64,000 nt of DNA from Elusimicrobiota bacterium (GCA_043827405.1 JBDRPD010000062.1:73933-137932); one strand, 5' to 3'; positions 1 to 9,916 are shown, counted from the first letter of the stretch. The notes: generated by a model not told the origin, from the letters alone. Made by a program: numbers and translations.

Positions 1-3
1 AAT

Positions 4-47
4 GAGCCGCCCGGCTTCGCCGGGCGGCTTGTTTGTTTATTTTTTTA
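4..47 (+). terminator. Rho-independent terminator of the gene upstream of the window
   Basis: AGCCGCCCGGC-ttc-GCCGGGCGGCT hairpin followed by TGTTTGTTTATTTTTTTT. Confidence 0.8.
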
Positions 48-97
48 AAACAAAATTTCCTTTAGCGTATGCTATTCTCGGTAGGGATGTCGGGAAG

Positions 98-1828
98 GTG
101 CGGCGTTTGAAATCGCTCGTACGCCGGCTGCTTGGCGGCGTGCTCCTTGTCCCGCTGGCCTTGAGCAGGGCCGGCGCGGGGCTCTTTTATGTCGATGTGC
201 GCACGTCCACGGAAAAGTTCGAGCTCCGGCTTCCCCGTTCCGCGAACTACGAGCTGGTCAGCGGCTCGCTGAATTTTACCGTTCCGGACGGCGTCAGGAT
301 GACGGTTCTTTCGGGACAGGCGACCATGATGGTCGAGGGGACCGCGATCGTCGGCGATGCCGGAGACACCTTCAGCTTCCTGATCGCCGACGGCCGGGCG
401 CATATCGTCGTGCACGCCGGGGAGATGAGCGTCACGCTGCCGGGCTATATGACGGCCGTCATCCGTGCCGGTCAGTTCCTGCCGGTGAGAGTTTCCAAGT
501 TTGGAACCGTTACCGCTCCGCAGGCGCCCCAGGTGAAGGCGCCCCAAGTTAAGGCTCCCCAGGCAAAGGCTCCCCGGACGCGGCCCCCGATCGTTCCCGG
601 ACCGCCCGCAAGGAAGCCGTCGGTGCGGACCCCGGGCATCAATCTGAATATCCGCCTTTACCCATATTACGCCGTCACCCAATCCTACGATACGAATATC
701 TACCGGGTGCCGCGGGATAAGGCCGATGCGGGCACGGTGGGCGGCGGCGTGCTCGGCTCCTGGATAACCAGGAATACCGTCGGTTCACGGCTGCAAATCC
801 CGTTCAATAAGCAGCACCGTTTCGGGGCGGGCTATGCTTTGAGCATCGAGAACTATTCCACCCAGCCCGGGGTGAATGACACGAACGACCAGCAGTTCGA
901 CGCGCTGTACCGGTACGATATGCGCCGCCGCGTCGTCCTGCAGCTCGCCGACAAATACAAGAATACCAAGGACCCCGCCTTCAGCTCGCTCGTTGAGCGC
1001 AAGCGCCGGTATGAGAACGAGGTGTCGGCGCTGCTGGACTACGGCCGCAGCCGTCTTTTTGTGTGGGCGATCGACGCCCATTTTAACCACCACAAATATC
1101 TTGATCCCATGCTCTCCTCCCTGCTGAACCGGTACGAATCATCCTTCGGCGGCCGCGTGGGCATCAGGCTGCAGCCGCATTCGGAGCTCTACCTCCACTA
1201 CCATCGCGGCATCGTCCATTACTCCGCGGGCCGGGCGGACCATTCCAAGTCCCATGACCTCGGTCTCGGGCTTTCCGGCGAGCTCGCTCCCCGGCTCAAA
1301 GGCATGGTCTCTTCCGGCGTCGCGGTCCGGCGCTACGAGCGAGCGACCGGCGAGGAGCGGCAGACGGTGAGCCTGCTGACGACCGCCGTCGACCTTAAAT
1401 ACGAACTGTCCCGGCGTACGCGGTTCGCTCTGGTCGGCTACCGGCGCATGCAGGAATCGACTTTCGGCGGCAGCCGGTATTATGTAGCGACCGGCGCGAC
1501 GCTGAACGTCCGCCAGCGTATTAAAGCGCTGGTTGTTTCGGTGAGCGGAGGGCATGAGACCAGCGTATATCCGGTTTCGACCACTATCGGCGCCGCGGCC
1601 GCTTTCCGGCGGGACCGCCATTACACGGGAAGCGTGAGAATCGATTATGAGCTGCGCAAATGGCTGTCTTTGAGCGCGCAGTATACGAGCATGCAGCGTC
1701 TTACCAGTTTCGCCGAGGAGTTCGACTACCGTGCCGATGTGACTTCCGTAGGTCTGCGCGCCGGGTTCGGCGGACATGAGCCGAACCGCCGATATGCGGA
1801 GCCTGCTTCGTCAAACAGCGCCTTTTAG
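98..1828 (+). CDS. Exported protein: N-terminal beta-rich (FecR-like) region, Pro/Lys/Ala linker, C-terminal outer-membrane beta-barrel (BBP2/EpsL-like)
   Basis: ORF 2..1828; the ATG at 2 lies at the terminator, so GTG 98 or TTG 107 is preferred (signal-peptide-like RRLLGGVLLVPLALSRAGA follows); YDTNIY motif and alternating aromatic beta-strands in the C-terminal half. Confidence 0.65.
   Translation: MRRLKSLVRRLLGGVLLVPLALSRAGAGLFYVDVRTSTEKFELRLPRSANYELVSGSLNFTVPDGVRMTVLSGQATMMVEGTAIVGDAGDTFSFLIADGRAHIVVHAGEMSVTLPGYMTAVIRAGQFLPVRVSKFGTVTAPQAPQVKAPQVKAPQAKAPRTRPPIVPGPPARKPSVRTPGINLNIRLYPYYAVTQSYDTNIYRVPRDKADAGTVGGGVLGSWITRNTVGSRLQIPFNKQHRFGAGYALSIENYSTQPGVNDTNDQQFDALYRYDMRRRVVLQLADKYKNTKDPAFSSLVERKRRYENEVSALLDYGRSRLFVWAIDAHFNHHKYLDPMLSSLLNRYESSFGGRVGIRLQPHSELYLHYHRGIVHYSAGRADHSKSHDLGLGLSGELAPRLKGMVSSGVAVRRYERATGEERQTVSLLTTAVDLKYELSRRTRFALVGYRRMQESTFGGSRYYVATGATLNVRQRIKALVVSVSGGHETSVYPVSTTIGAAAAFRRDRHYTGSVRIDYELRKWLSLSAQYTSMQRLTSFAEEFDYRADVTSVGLRAGFGGHEPNRRYAEPASSNSAF
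524..577 (+). repeat. 15-bp coding tandem repeat (APQVK/APQAK, about 3.5 copies)
   Basis: gcgccccaggtgaag / gcgccccaagttaag / gctccccaggcaaag / gctccccgg. Confidence 0.85.
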
Positions 1829-1830
1829 CC

Positions 1831-1859
1831 TTGCAAATTCCGCGATTTCCTGCTAAACA
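1831..1859 (+). promoter_or_regulatory. Possible sigma70 promoter for amidase-valS
   Basis: TTGCAA-N17-TAAACA with TG at the extended -10 position; GGAGG RBS before ATG 1888. Confidence 0.4.
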
Positions 1860-1887
1860 ATGAGAGGTCTGCGCCGAGAGGAGGCTT

Positions 1888-2640
1888 ATGTCCTTTCGGT
1901 TGTCGCGGGCTTTTTTTATTTGGGTGCTGTTTCCCGTCTATGCGGCGGGCATGGGCCGTTCCCCCGCCGAAGAATACACGCTTGATCCGCAGACGCCGGC
2001 GGTGGTGGCCATCGATCCCGGTCACGGCGGCAAAAATGAGGGCGCCGATGTTTACGGCCGCAAGGAACGTGAAATCGTGCTCGCGGTGGCCCAGCGCCTG
2101 CAGGAAATCCTGGAAGAGCGGCCGGCCCTTTCTCCGTACCTGACGCGCTGGGACGACGATTTCGTCGCTCTGACCGACCGCGTGACCCGCGGCGAAGCCG
2201 TGGGGGGGAAAGTTTTTGTCTCCCTGCATGTCGACAACAACCGCGTGCGCAAGGGGCGCGGCGTAATAACCTATGTCTACGGCAGCAACCGCACCATCCC
2301 CAAGGGCCCCGAGCGCGAACGGGATGAGAAGATATTGCCCAAGCCGCCCCGTGGTCAGATCGCGCAGTCGCGGCGCCTCGCCGCGCATATTCAGAAATCG
2401 ATGCGGCGGCACGGCATCAACGCCGTGGAGTATGTGGACCGGGGTCCGTTTGCCGTGCTCAAGAGCGCCTGGATGCCGAGCGTCATCGTGGAGCTGGGCA
2501 ACCTGCGCGACAAGAAGGAGGCCGCCATGGTCTCCGACCCGCGGCAGCAGGCGCGCCTGGCGGAGGCGATCGCCGACAGCATCGAAGGCTACCTGCGCGA
2601 GCGCTACGGCGGGGTCGCAAAGCGCGCCGGGACCGACTAA
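1888..2640 (+). CDS. N-acetylmuramoyl-L-alanine amidase (Amidase_3 family)
   Basis: VAIDPGHGG, FVSLHVD and SVIVELG motifs; N-terminal signal peptide. Confidence 0.9.
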   Translation: MSFRLSRAFFIWVLFPVYAAGMGRSPAEEYTLDPQTPAVVAIDPGHGGKNEGADVYGRKEREIVLAVAQRLQEILEERPALSPYLTRWDDDFVALTDRVTRGEAVGGKVFVSLHVDNNRVRKGRGVITYVYGSNRTIPKGPERERDEKILPKPPRGQIAQSRRLAAHIQKSMRRHGINAVEYVDRGPFAVLKSAWMPSVIVELGNLRDKKEAAMVSDPRQQARLAEAIADSIEGYLRERYGGVAKRAGTD

Positions 2641-2663
2641 TCTAATAAGTATAATAAGCCGCT

Positions 2664-5393
2664 ATGCTGGATAAAGCCTATTCTCACGAGGACGTGGAAT
2701 CCCGTTGGACCGCGGCCTGGAAGGAAGCCAAGCTCTTTCATTCCAAGCCCTCCGACCAGCCGTCCTATACGATCGTCATCCCGCCGCCCAATATCACCGG
2801 CGCCCTGCACATCGGCCATGCGCTAAACAATACGCTGCAGGACATCCTCATCCGCTACCACCGGCTGCGCGGCCGCGAGGCATGCTGGGTGCCCGGAACC
2901 GACCATGGCGGCATCGCGACCCAGAACGTGATGGAGAAGATGCTCAAGCAGGAAGGGCTCACGCGCCATGATCTGGGGCGGGAGAAATTCCTGGGACGCA
3001 TGCAGACCTGGTCGCGGGAAACCAAGAATACGATCCTCGGCCAGCTGACCCGTCTGGGCTGCGCTCTCGATTTCAGCCGCGAAGCCTTTACTATGGATGA
3101 GACGCGGGCCGCGGCCGTCTGCCATGCCTTCAAGCAGTTCTACGACCAGGGGCTCATTTACCGCGACAAGCGCATGGTCAACTGGTGCGTGCGCTGCGGC
3201 ACCGCCCTGTCGGACATCGAAGTCGAGCACGAGGAGCGCAAGGGCGGCCTGTGGCATATCAAATACCCGGTGGTGGGCGAAGAGGGCCGTTTTCTGACCA
3301 TCGCCACGACGCGTCCCGAGACCATGCTCGCCGACACGGCGATCGCCGTCCATCCGGACGATGAGCGCTACCGGGACCTGCATGGAAAGAAAGCGATCCT
3401 GCCCCTGGTGAATATCGAGATTCCGATCATCGCCGACGCCTACGTCGACCGGTCCTTCGGCACGGGGGCGCTGAAAGTTACGCCGTATCATGACGTCAAC
3501 GATTTTGCGATTTGGCAGAGGCATAAGGACGTGATGCCCGCTCCGCCCCAGGTCATCGGCTTCGACGGCAGGATGACCGAGCAGGCGCCCGAGAAGTATC
3601 GCGGACAAACGCGCGATAAGGCGCGCGACGCGGTGGTCGCCGACCTGGAGGAATGCGGTCTGCTCGACAAGATGGAAAAATACAAGAACGCCGTCGGCAC
3701 CTGCTACCGCTGCCAGCAGGCGATCGAGACTTTGCCCTCGGAGCAGTGGTTTATGAAGATGGGAGAACTCGCCGCGAAGGCGGGCGCTGCCGTCGACGCG
3801 GGGGACTTCAAGCTGTACACGCAGTCCTGGACCAAACCCTACCGGAAGTGGCTCGCGGATATTCACGACTGGTGCCTGTCCCGGCAAATCTGGTGGGGGC
3901 ACCGCATTCCGGTCTGGTACTGTCCCGAGTGCCTGGGCGACAAGCTGGAGCTCAGCGGCGACGATGAGTACCGGCTCAAGAGCGGCGGCGAAAAGCTCGA
4001 ACGGGGCGTTCGGGTCGCCGCTTCCCGGCCGGATAAATGCGCCTGCGGCGCCGACCGCTGGGTGCAGGACGCCGACGTCCTGGATACGTGGTTCTCGTCG
4101 GCGCTATGGCCGCTGTCGGTGTTCGGCTGGCCGGAAGATACCCCAGACCTGCGGTTCTATTACCCGACCAAGGTGCTCGTTACGGGCTACGAGATCCTGT
4201 ATCTCTGGGTCGCCCGGATGCAGATGATGGGGCTTTACTTCAAGGACCGCGTCCCCTTCGACGACGCGCTCATCCATGGGATCGTGCGCGACAATAAAGG
4301 CAAGAAGATGTCGAAGTCCTTGGGCAATGTTATCGATCCGCTCGTCATGATGGACAAATACGGCACCGACGCGCTGCGCTTCGCCCTCGCCGCGCAGGCG
4401 CACCCCGGGCGGGATATCCCGTTCTCCGAAGACTCCTTGACCGGACCCCGCCATTTCGTCAACAAGATTTGGAACTCGACGCGCTTCGTCCTGATGAACG
4501 TCCCCGAGACGGCGCCCGCCGGGGGCTACGCTCTCGCGGAGCTGGATGGAAAATCTCTCGAGCTCGCGGATCGCTGGATCCTTGACGCCTTCGCCGCGGC
4601 CGTCGAGCGCGTCCACGCGCATATCCAGGTCTATAACGTGGCCGCGGCGGCCGACGAGCTTTACGGCTTCCTGTGGGATGACTTCTGCGACTGGTATGTG
4701 GAGCTGGCCAAGATCCGTCTTGAGGACAAGTCCGCCGACGGCCGGGCGGCGCGCACGATTCTCGTGCAGGTCCTGACGGCGACGATGAAGCTCCTGCATC
4801 CGTTTATGCCTTACGTAACCGAGGAGCTCTACGGGGCGCTCAAGGCGCATGCGGGCGAGAAGGCGGACTACATCCTGCGGGCCGGAGAATCCCGGTTTAC
4901 GGGGGAGCTCGCGGACCGGGAAGCGGCCGAGAAGATGGCCTTTGTGATGGGCGCGGTCCGCGCCCTGCGCGCCCTGCGCTCCCAGCTCAATGTGCCTCCC
5001 GCGATGAAGCTCAACGTGATGTTCGCCGGCGAGGACCAGCATCTCGAGACCCTGCTCAACCACGCGCACTACGTCCGGCGGCTGGCGCGGCTGGAGTCTT
5101 TCGAGAAATCGCCGGGCGAGCGCCCTCCTCAATCGGCTACCGCGGTGGTCGGCGGCCTGACATTCTATGTCCCCTTGGCGGGGGTTATCGATTTGGCCAA
5201 GGAGCGAAAACGACTGGCCAAGGAGTTCGACGCCCTGTGCCAGGAGCTCGCGCGCTGCGAAAAGCAGCTGGGGAATCCTTCGTTTGTCGAGCGGGCTCCC
5301 GCCGCCGAGGTCGAGAAGATCCGCTGCCGGCAGCAGGATTTTGCGAGCAAAAAGATTTCGCTGGAGGGGACGCTGGCGAGCCTGGGAAATTGA
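2664..5393 (+). CDS. valS: Valine--tRNA ligase
   Basis: PPPNITGALHIGH, ATTRPET, DWCLSRQIWWGHRIP, KMSKS; C-terminal coiled coil (GNPSFVERAP). Confidence 0.98.
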   Translation: MLDKAYSHEDVESRWTAAWKEAKLFHSKPSDQPSYTIVIPPPNITGALHIGHALNNTLQDILIRYHRLRGREACWVPGTDHGGIATQNVMEKMLKQEGLTRHDLGREKFLGRMQTWSRETKNTILGQLTRLGCALDFSREAFTMDETRAAAVCHAFKQFYDQGLIYRDKRMVNWCVRCGTALSDIEVEHEERKGGLWHIKYPVVGEEGRFLTIATTRPETMLADTAIAVHPDDERYRDLHGKKAILPLVNIEIPIIADAYVDRSFGTGALKVTPYHDVNDFAIWQRHKDVMPAPPQVIGFDGRMTEQAPEKYRGQTRDKARDAVVADLEECGLLDKMEKYKNAVGTCYRCQQAIETLPSEQWFMKMGELAAKAGAAVDAGDFKLYTQSWTKPYRKWLADIHDWCLSRQIWWGHRIPVWYCPECLGDKLELSGDDEYRLKSGGEKLERGVRVAASRPDKCACGADRWVQDADVLDTWFSSALWPLSVFGWPEDTPDLRFYYPTKVLVTGYEILYLWVARMQMMGLYFKDRVPFDDALIHGIVRDNKGKKMSKSLGNVIDPLVMMDKYGTDALRFALAAQAHPGRDIPFSEDSLTGPRHFVNKIWNSTRFVLMNVPETAPAGGYALAELDGKSLELADRWILDAFAAAVERVHAHIQVYNVAAAADELYGFLWDDFCDWYVELAKIRLEDKSADGRAARTILVQVLTATMKLLHPFMPYVTEELYGALKAHAGEKADYILRAGESRFTGELADREAAEKMAFVMGAVRALRALRSQLNVPPAMKLNVMFAGEDQHLETLLNHAHYVRRLARLESFEKSPGERPPQSATAVVGGLTFYVPLAGVIDLAKERKRLAKEFDALCQELARCEKQLGNPSFVERAPAAEVEKIRCRQQDFASKKISLEGTLASLGN

Positions 5394-5467
5394 GCAGGGA
5401 TGTTCGACCATTTCTATTGATTTCTGCGAACTAAGCTGATAATCTACCTCCGCGAGACTTCGGCAAA

Positions 5468-6811
5468 ATGGGCGAAAAAATTCTGGTAATAGAAGACGAT
5501 CAGGCGATCGCGGAGTACGCGGTCCTGGTGCTCGAAAAAGAGAGCTTCCAGGTCGAAAAAGCCCTGGACGGCAAAGAGGGGCTGGAGCTGGCCAGGGAGT
5601 TCATGCCGGACTTGGTCGTTCTGGACCTCATGATGCCCGGCATGCACGGCTATGAGGTCTGCCAGCACCTGCGCCAGGACGAAAAGCTGCGCGACGTCCG
5701 GATATTGATCACCTCGACCAAGTCCTACGACGCCGATGTTGCGGGCGCCTCCGGAGCCGGGGCGAACGCGTATTTGACGAAACCCTATACGGCGCAGCGG
5801 CTGGTCGAGGAAGTCAAAAACCTGCTCGCGCAGAAGCCGTCATGCGGGAAGGTCGCCGGCAACGGCTCGGCCGATGAGCCGGACGTAAAAACCGAGGTCG
5901 TGAGCGGCGCCGCGGAGCCGAAGACGGCCGGGGTGAAGCCGGAAAATTCCGCCGTATGCATCCGTTTCTGGGGCACGCGCGGGTCGACGCCGGCCCCCGG
6001 GCCGTTTACTATCCGCTACGGCGGGAATACCTCCTGCACCGAGATGCGCTTCGGCGACAACCTCTTTGTCGTCGACTGCGGCACGGGCCTGCGCGAACTG
6101 GGCGTCAAGCTGGTAGATGAGTTCAAGGAGCGGTCGATCGAAGGGCACCTTTTTGTCGGACATACCCATTGGGATCATATCCAGGGCTTCCCGTTCTTCA
6201 CGCCGTTCTACATCCCCAAGAACAACTTCCGGCTCTACAGCGTACGTGGCGCCGGCAAGAGCCTCGAGCGCGTCTTCCGGGGGCAAATGGCCGCGGACTA
6301 CTTCCCCGTGCCGCTGCGCAGCCTGGCCAGCGGGCTGACATTCGTCGAGCTGGAAGAGCCGGTGGACATCGGCGGCGTCAAGGTGAGCTACCAGCATCTG
6401 AACCATCCCGGAGTCGCCATCGGCTTCCGCTTCGAGTACCAGGGCCGGATCGTGAGCTATATCAGCGACCACGAGACTTTTTCCCGGCTGAGCGGAGTAT
6501 GCGAGATGACCCTGAAGCAGGACCGGTCCATCGCCGATTTCGCGCGCGGCAGCGACCTGATGATTTGTGAAGCGCAGTACACGGAAGAAGAGTATAAGGT
6601 CAAGAAGGGCTGGGGGCACAGCACCTTCAACGACGCCGTCGATCGCGCGATCGCGGCGGACGTGAAGCATCTCGTGCTGTTCCACCACGACCCGCTCCAT
6701 ACCGACGAGATGATGGACCGTTATCTCGCCGCCTGCCGGCGGCGGCTGCAGGACGCCGGCAGCGCCATCGAGTGCAGCGCCGCGCAGGAAATGCAGACGA
6801 TCAACCTCTAG
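5468..6811 (+). CDS. Response-regulator receiver domain fused to a metallo-beta-lactamase-fold hydrolase (RNase Z/phosphodiesterase-like)
   Basis: ILVIEDD...VLDLMMP...YLTKP receiver; FWGTRGS, YGGNTSC, HTHWDHIQG, WGHST, LFHHDP. Confidence 0.9.
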   Translation: MGEKILVIEDDQAIAEYAVLVLEKESFQVEKALDGKEGLELAREFMPDLVVLDLMMPGMHGYEVCQHLRQDEKLRDVRILITSTKSYDADVAGASGAGANAYLTKPYTAQRLVEEVKNLLAQKPSCGKVAGNGSADEPDVKTEVVSGAAEPKTAGVKPENSAVCIRFWGTRGSTPAPGPFTIRYGGNTSCTEMRFGDNLFVVDCGTGLRELGVKLVDEFKERSIEGHLFVGHTHWDHIQGFPFFTPFYIPKNNFRLYSVRGAGKSLERVFRGQMAADYFPVPLRSLASGLTFVELEEPVDIGGVKVSYQHLNHPGVAIGFRFEYQGRIVSYISDHETFSRLSGVCEMTLKQDRSIADFARGSDLMICEAQYTEEEYKVKKGWGHSTFNDAVDRAIAADVKHLVLFHHDPLHTDEMMDRYLAACRRRLQDAGSAIECSAAQEMQTINL

Positions 6812-6825
6812 CCTTCGCCGCGGCT

Positions 6826-9087
6826 TCAGCGTGCGCCGCGGGCTTGCAGCAGAAAGGAATTGTCCGTGCGAAAGGTCTGTCCGCGCAGCAGCTTGCCCAG
6901 CGGGTATTCCGTAATCGGGCGGTCGTCGGTTACCAGGCGGTAGGGGCGTACGTAGGCGCGGGCTTCCGCCGGCGTTATGCGAAATCCCTCCCGCACCTTT
7001 TCTTCGGTCAGCGAAGTGAGAATTCGGGGCTGGACGCGTTCCTTGAGCCGCCGCTCCAGAACACCGGGGGCCCACGACAATGGTTCCTGCGAGCCGAAAT
7101 ACATCACGCCGGCGCGGATATCCGGATGGCTCCAAACCGCGACATGGGGGAAGACTTCGTACATGCCCTTAAGGATGTCCCAGTAGTCGTCTTCAAACGA
7201 GGGCAGCGGCAGCCACAGGGTGAAGATTCCCTGACGGGTCAGCCGTTGGCGTACCAGCCGCATGAAGTCCACCGTATAGAGATTGGTCGTCCCCGCGGCA
7301 AACAGGGGCGGCGAACCGTCTACCAGGACCAGGTCGTAAGGCTTTCGTGAACGCAGCAGCAGGTTGCGCCCGTCCATCATGAAGATGCGGGTCTGCGGCC
7401 GCTCGTAGATCGGCCGGCGGCCGGGCTGGAACATGCCGATGCGGTCGGCGACCGGCTGCAGGAGCTCGGCCGCATGGACTTCGCCGCCGAGCAGGGAGGC
7501 GGCGACCAAGGTCGTGCCGGCGCCCACCCCGATCAGGAGCGTGCGGCGGGGGTCTTCCCGGAACACGTTGGGGATGGAGGTCATGAGGGCGCCGTTGATT
7601 CCCGTGCCCGAGATTATGATGCCGTTGATCAGGAGGGTGCTTTCGTCGGCAGATGCCACGCCGGTGGCGGTGCCCGCGGGGGCCTCGTCATGGAACATGA
7701 CGCGGGGCATCTCGCCTTTCATCCTCTCGAGCCGCCGCATGATGATGTCCAGCGAGCGGTCGCGCCGTGCCGCAAAGCCGGCAAACAGTACGAGAACGGC
7801 GAGCGCCATCGAAGCCGGCCTGAGCAGCGAAGGCTTGTGCCGCAGGAGCGCGGCGGCGCCGATGCCGGCATTGAGCGCCGCGAGGATCAGGAAGCTCTTA
7901 TGGGTGCCGAACCGGCCGATCCCCCAGAAGCCGATGACGAGCGAGCCGAGGATGCCCCCGGCCGTGTTGAAGGCATAGACGCGGCCGATCGTGGTCCCCG
8001 CCGTATCGTCGCCCGAGCTTTCCAGGCGGGCCGCGAGCGGAAAAAGGAGTCCCATTACGATCGACGCTGGAAGGACTATCATCGCGGCGTGCAGCGCCAG
8101 CCGGGGCAGGTCCTGGCGCGAGACCAGCGGAGTATAGAGGTACTCCGCCGCCGTCTGGCGCAGGCCGAGCCAGTCGCACAGCCACAGGCTCAGCAGCGCG
8201 GCCGCGGCGAGCAGCAGTTCCAGGCGGCCGAACAGTTCCCAGGCACCCCGCTCCGACGTATTCCGGCGTGCCGCCAGGGCCGAGCCCAGAGCGGTGCCGC
8301 CGAGATAGCAGATCAGCAGGAACCCGAAAGCGTATCCGGATGTGCCCAGCAGCAGAATGAGCCGGCGGGTCCACAGGACCTCATAGCCCATGGCGCAGAA
8401 CCCTGAAAGCATGAACAGCAGGCAGGCGGCGGAGGGGGTGGAGATAACGGGCAGCGAAAGGCGGTGCGGCGTCGGCGGACGAAGGAAGCGCCAGGGGAGC
8501 TTTCTGCCCGACATGGAAAACGCCGCTGTCGCCGCCGTCAGGTTGCCGGCCGCAGCGGTCAGCGCGGAAGCGGTCTCACCCCAATAGGCGATGGTCCAGA
8601 AGCTCGCGGCAATGACGCCGAGCATGGCGCCCAGCGTATTCGCGCCGTAGAGGGCTCCGGCGCCGCGGCGTAGTTCGTCAATTCGCGTGATGCCGTGGCG
8701 GCATAGTACCGGCAGCGTCGCGCCGAAGAAGAAGGTCGGCAGGAGCAGTGCCGGCCCGGCCAGGACGAAGATAATGAGCGTGTCGGCGGCCGGACCCAGG
8801 CCCGCGTCCAGGGGAGAGATCGCCGCGACGATGCGCGGCAGGGCGCTCATCCACAGGGTCGCCAGCAGCGCGGCGGCGGCTCCCGCTGTTTCCAGCAGCG
8901 CGTAGACGCCGAGCCAGTCCGTCTCGCGGCGGGTCCAGCGTGAGGCGGCGAGCGCGCCCAAAACGAGCCCGCCGAAGTAGAGGGCGATAAGAAAGCTGAC
9001 CGCGTGGATGGTGACGCCGAAGGCGCGGCTGAGCATCCGCAGCCACACTATCTCGTAGATCAGGGAGGCGGCTCCCGATAAGGCCAT
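6826..9087 (-). CDS. Fused multi-pass membrane domain/spermidine-synthase-like protein
   Basis: LSGAASLIYEIVW, LYGANTLGA and VYAFNTAGG repeated membrane modules; C-terminal SAM-fold LLIGVGAG...DGRNLL...YDLVLVD; start may lie slightly upstream. Confidence 0.85.
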   Translation of the reverse strand: MALSGAASLIYEIVWLRMLSRAFGVTIHAVSFLIALYFGGLVLGALAASRWTRRETDWLGVYALLETAGAAAALLATLWMSALPRIVAAISPLDAGLGPAADTLIIFVLAGPALLLPTFFFGATLPVLCRHGITRIDELRRGAGALYGANTLGAMLGVIAASFWTIAYWGETASALTAAAGNLTAATAAFSMSGRKLPWRFLRPPTPHRLSLPVISTPSAACLLFMLSGFCAMGYEVLWTRRLILLLGTSGYAFGFLLICYLGGTALGSALAARRNTSERGAWELFGRLELLLAAAALLSLWLCDWLGLRQTAAEYLYTPLVSRQDLPRLALHAAMIVLPASIVMGLLFPLAARLESSGDDTAGTTIGRVYAFNTAGGILGSLVIGFWGIGRFGTHKSFLILAALNAGIGAAALLRHKPSLLRPASMALAVLVLFAGFAARRDRSLDIIMRRLERMKGEMPRVMFHDEAPAGTATGVASADESTLLINGIIISGTGINGALMTSIPNVFREDPRRTLLIGVGAGTTLVAASLLGGEVHAAELLQPVADRIGMFQPGRRPIYERPQTRIFMMDGRNLLLRSRKPYDLVLVDGSPPLFAAGTTNLYTVDFMRLVRQRLTRQGIFTLWLPLPSFEDDYWDILKGMYEVFPHVAVWSHPDIRAGVMYFGSQEPLSWAPGVLERRLKERVQPRILTSLTEEKVREGFRITPAEARAYVRPYRLVTDDRPITEYPLGKLLRGQTFRTDNSFLLQARGAR

Positions 9088-9131
9088 CAGGGAGCATAAA
9101 AACGCCAGGCTCTTGGCGGCGGGACGCTTTA

Positions 9132-9749
9132 CTATTTTTTGCGACCCCGCTGCTGCATCCTTTCGCCCCGGCGGTCCATGCGCTCGCCCTTGTCGTCCAG
9201 GCGCTCGCCCTGACGCTGCATTCTCTTGCCCTTGCGCTCGAGCTTGCCGCCGGCGCGTTCGCGGCCATGCTTCTGCATGCGCTCGCCCTTGCGCTCCAGG
9301 CGCTCGCCCCGCCGCTCGCGCTTCTCGCCCTTGCGTTCCAGGCGCTCGCCCCGGCGCTCACGCTTCTCTCCGCGCTTCTCAAGGCCCTTGCCGTGCCCGC
9401 GCGGGCCTTCGCCCGCCTGCTCCTGCCGCCGCTCTCCGCGCTTCTGCATGCGCTCGCCCTGGCGGTCCAGGCGTTCGCCTTTGCGCTCCAGTTTGTCCGC
9501 TTTACGCTCGAGCTTGTCGGCGGCGCGGTCCTTGCCGTGCTTTTCCAGACGGTCGGCCTTGCGCTCGAGCTGTTCTCCCTTGCGCTCGAGCTTCTCGCCC
9601 CGGCGTTCGCGGCGCTCGCCGCGGCCCGGCCCGGCCTCCGGGCTCTCGCTGGCGGCGGCGGGAGCTTCCAGGTCTTCTTCGGCCCGGACGTCTACGGTCA
9701 AGGTGAGGGCAAGGCATGCGGCGGTGAGCAGGAACAGGCTGGTCTTCAT
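9132..9749 (-). CDS. Secreted, highly charged heptad-repeat protein
   Basis: GGAG RBS, signal peptide MKTSLFLLTAACLALTLTVDVRA, then many (R/K)GE(K/R)LER-type 7-aa repeats. Confidence 0.75.
   Translation of the reverse strand: MKTSLFLLTAACLALTLTVDVRAEEDLEAPAAASESPEAGPGRGERRERRGEKLERKGEQLERKADRLEKHGKDRAADKLERKADKLERKGERLDRQGERMQKRGERRQEQAGEGPRGHGKGLEKRGEKRERRGERLERKGEKRERRGERLERKGERMQKHGRERAGGKLERKGKRMQRQGERLDDKGERMDRRGERMQQRGRKK
9150..9610 (-). repeat. Imperfect 21-bp coding tandem repeat
   Basis: Recurrent + strand units such as gcgctcgcccttgcgctccag and cgcttctcgcccttgcgttcca; boundaries approximate. Confidence 0.75.
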
Positions 9750-9916
9750 GGCGGTCTCCTCAGAAATTGCGTTTATGATTCGGCTCCGCAGGCCAAGGGT
9801 GTAGCAGACGGATTATACCTCATTATCCGTCGTCGTCATCGGCGAAACCTTGTGCTTGACGGCTTCAACTTTGCTAACCTGTTTTTACACTTTAATTGAC
9901 CAACTAGGAGGACGTT

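Noticed and set aside
9113..9899. Plus-strand Arg/Ser/Pro- or Leu/Ala-rich ORFs over the heptad repeat
   Set aside because: By-products of the stop-free repeat; only the minus-strand frame has an RBS and signal peptide.
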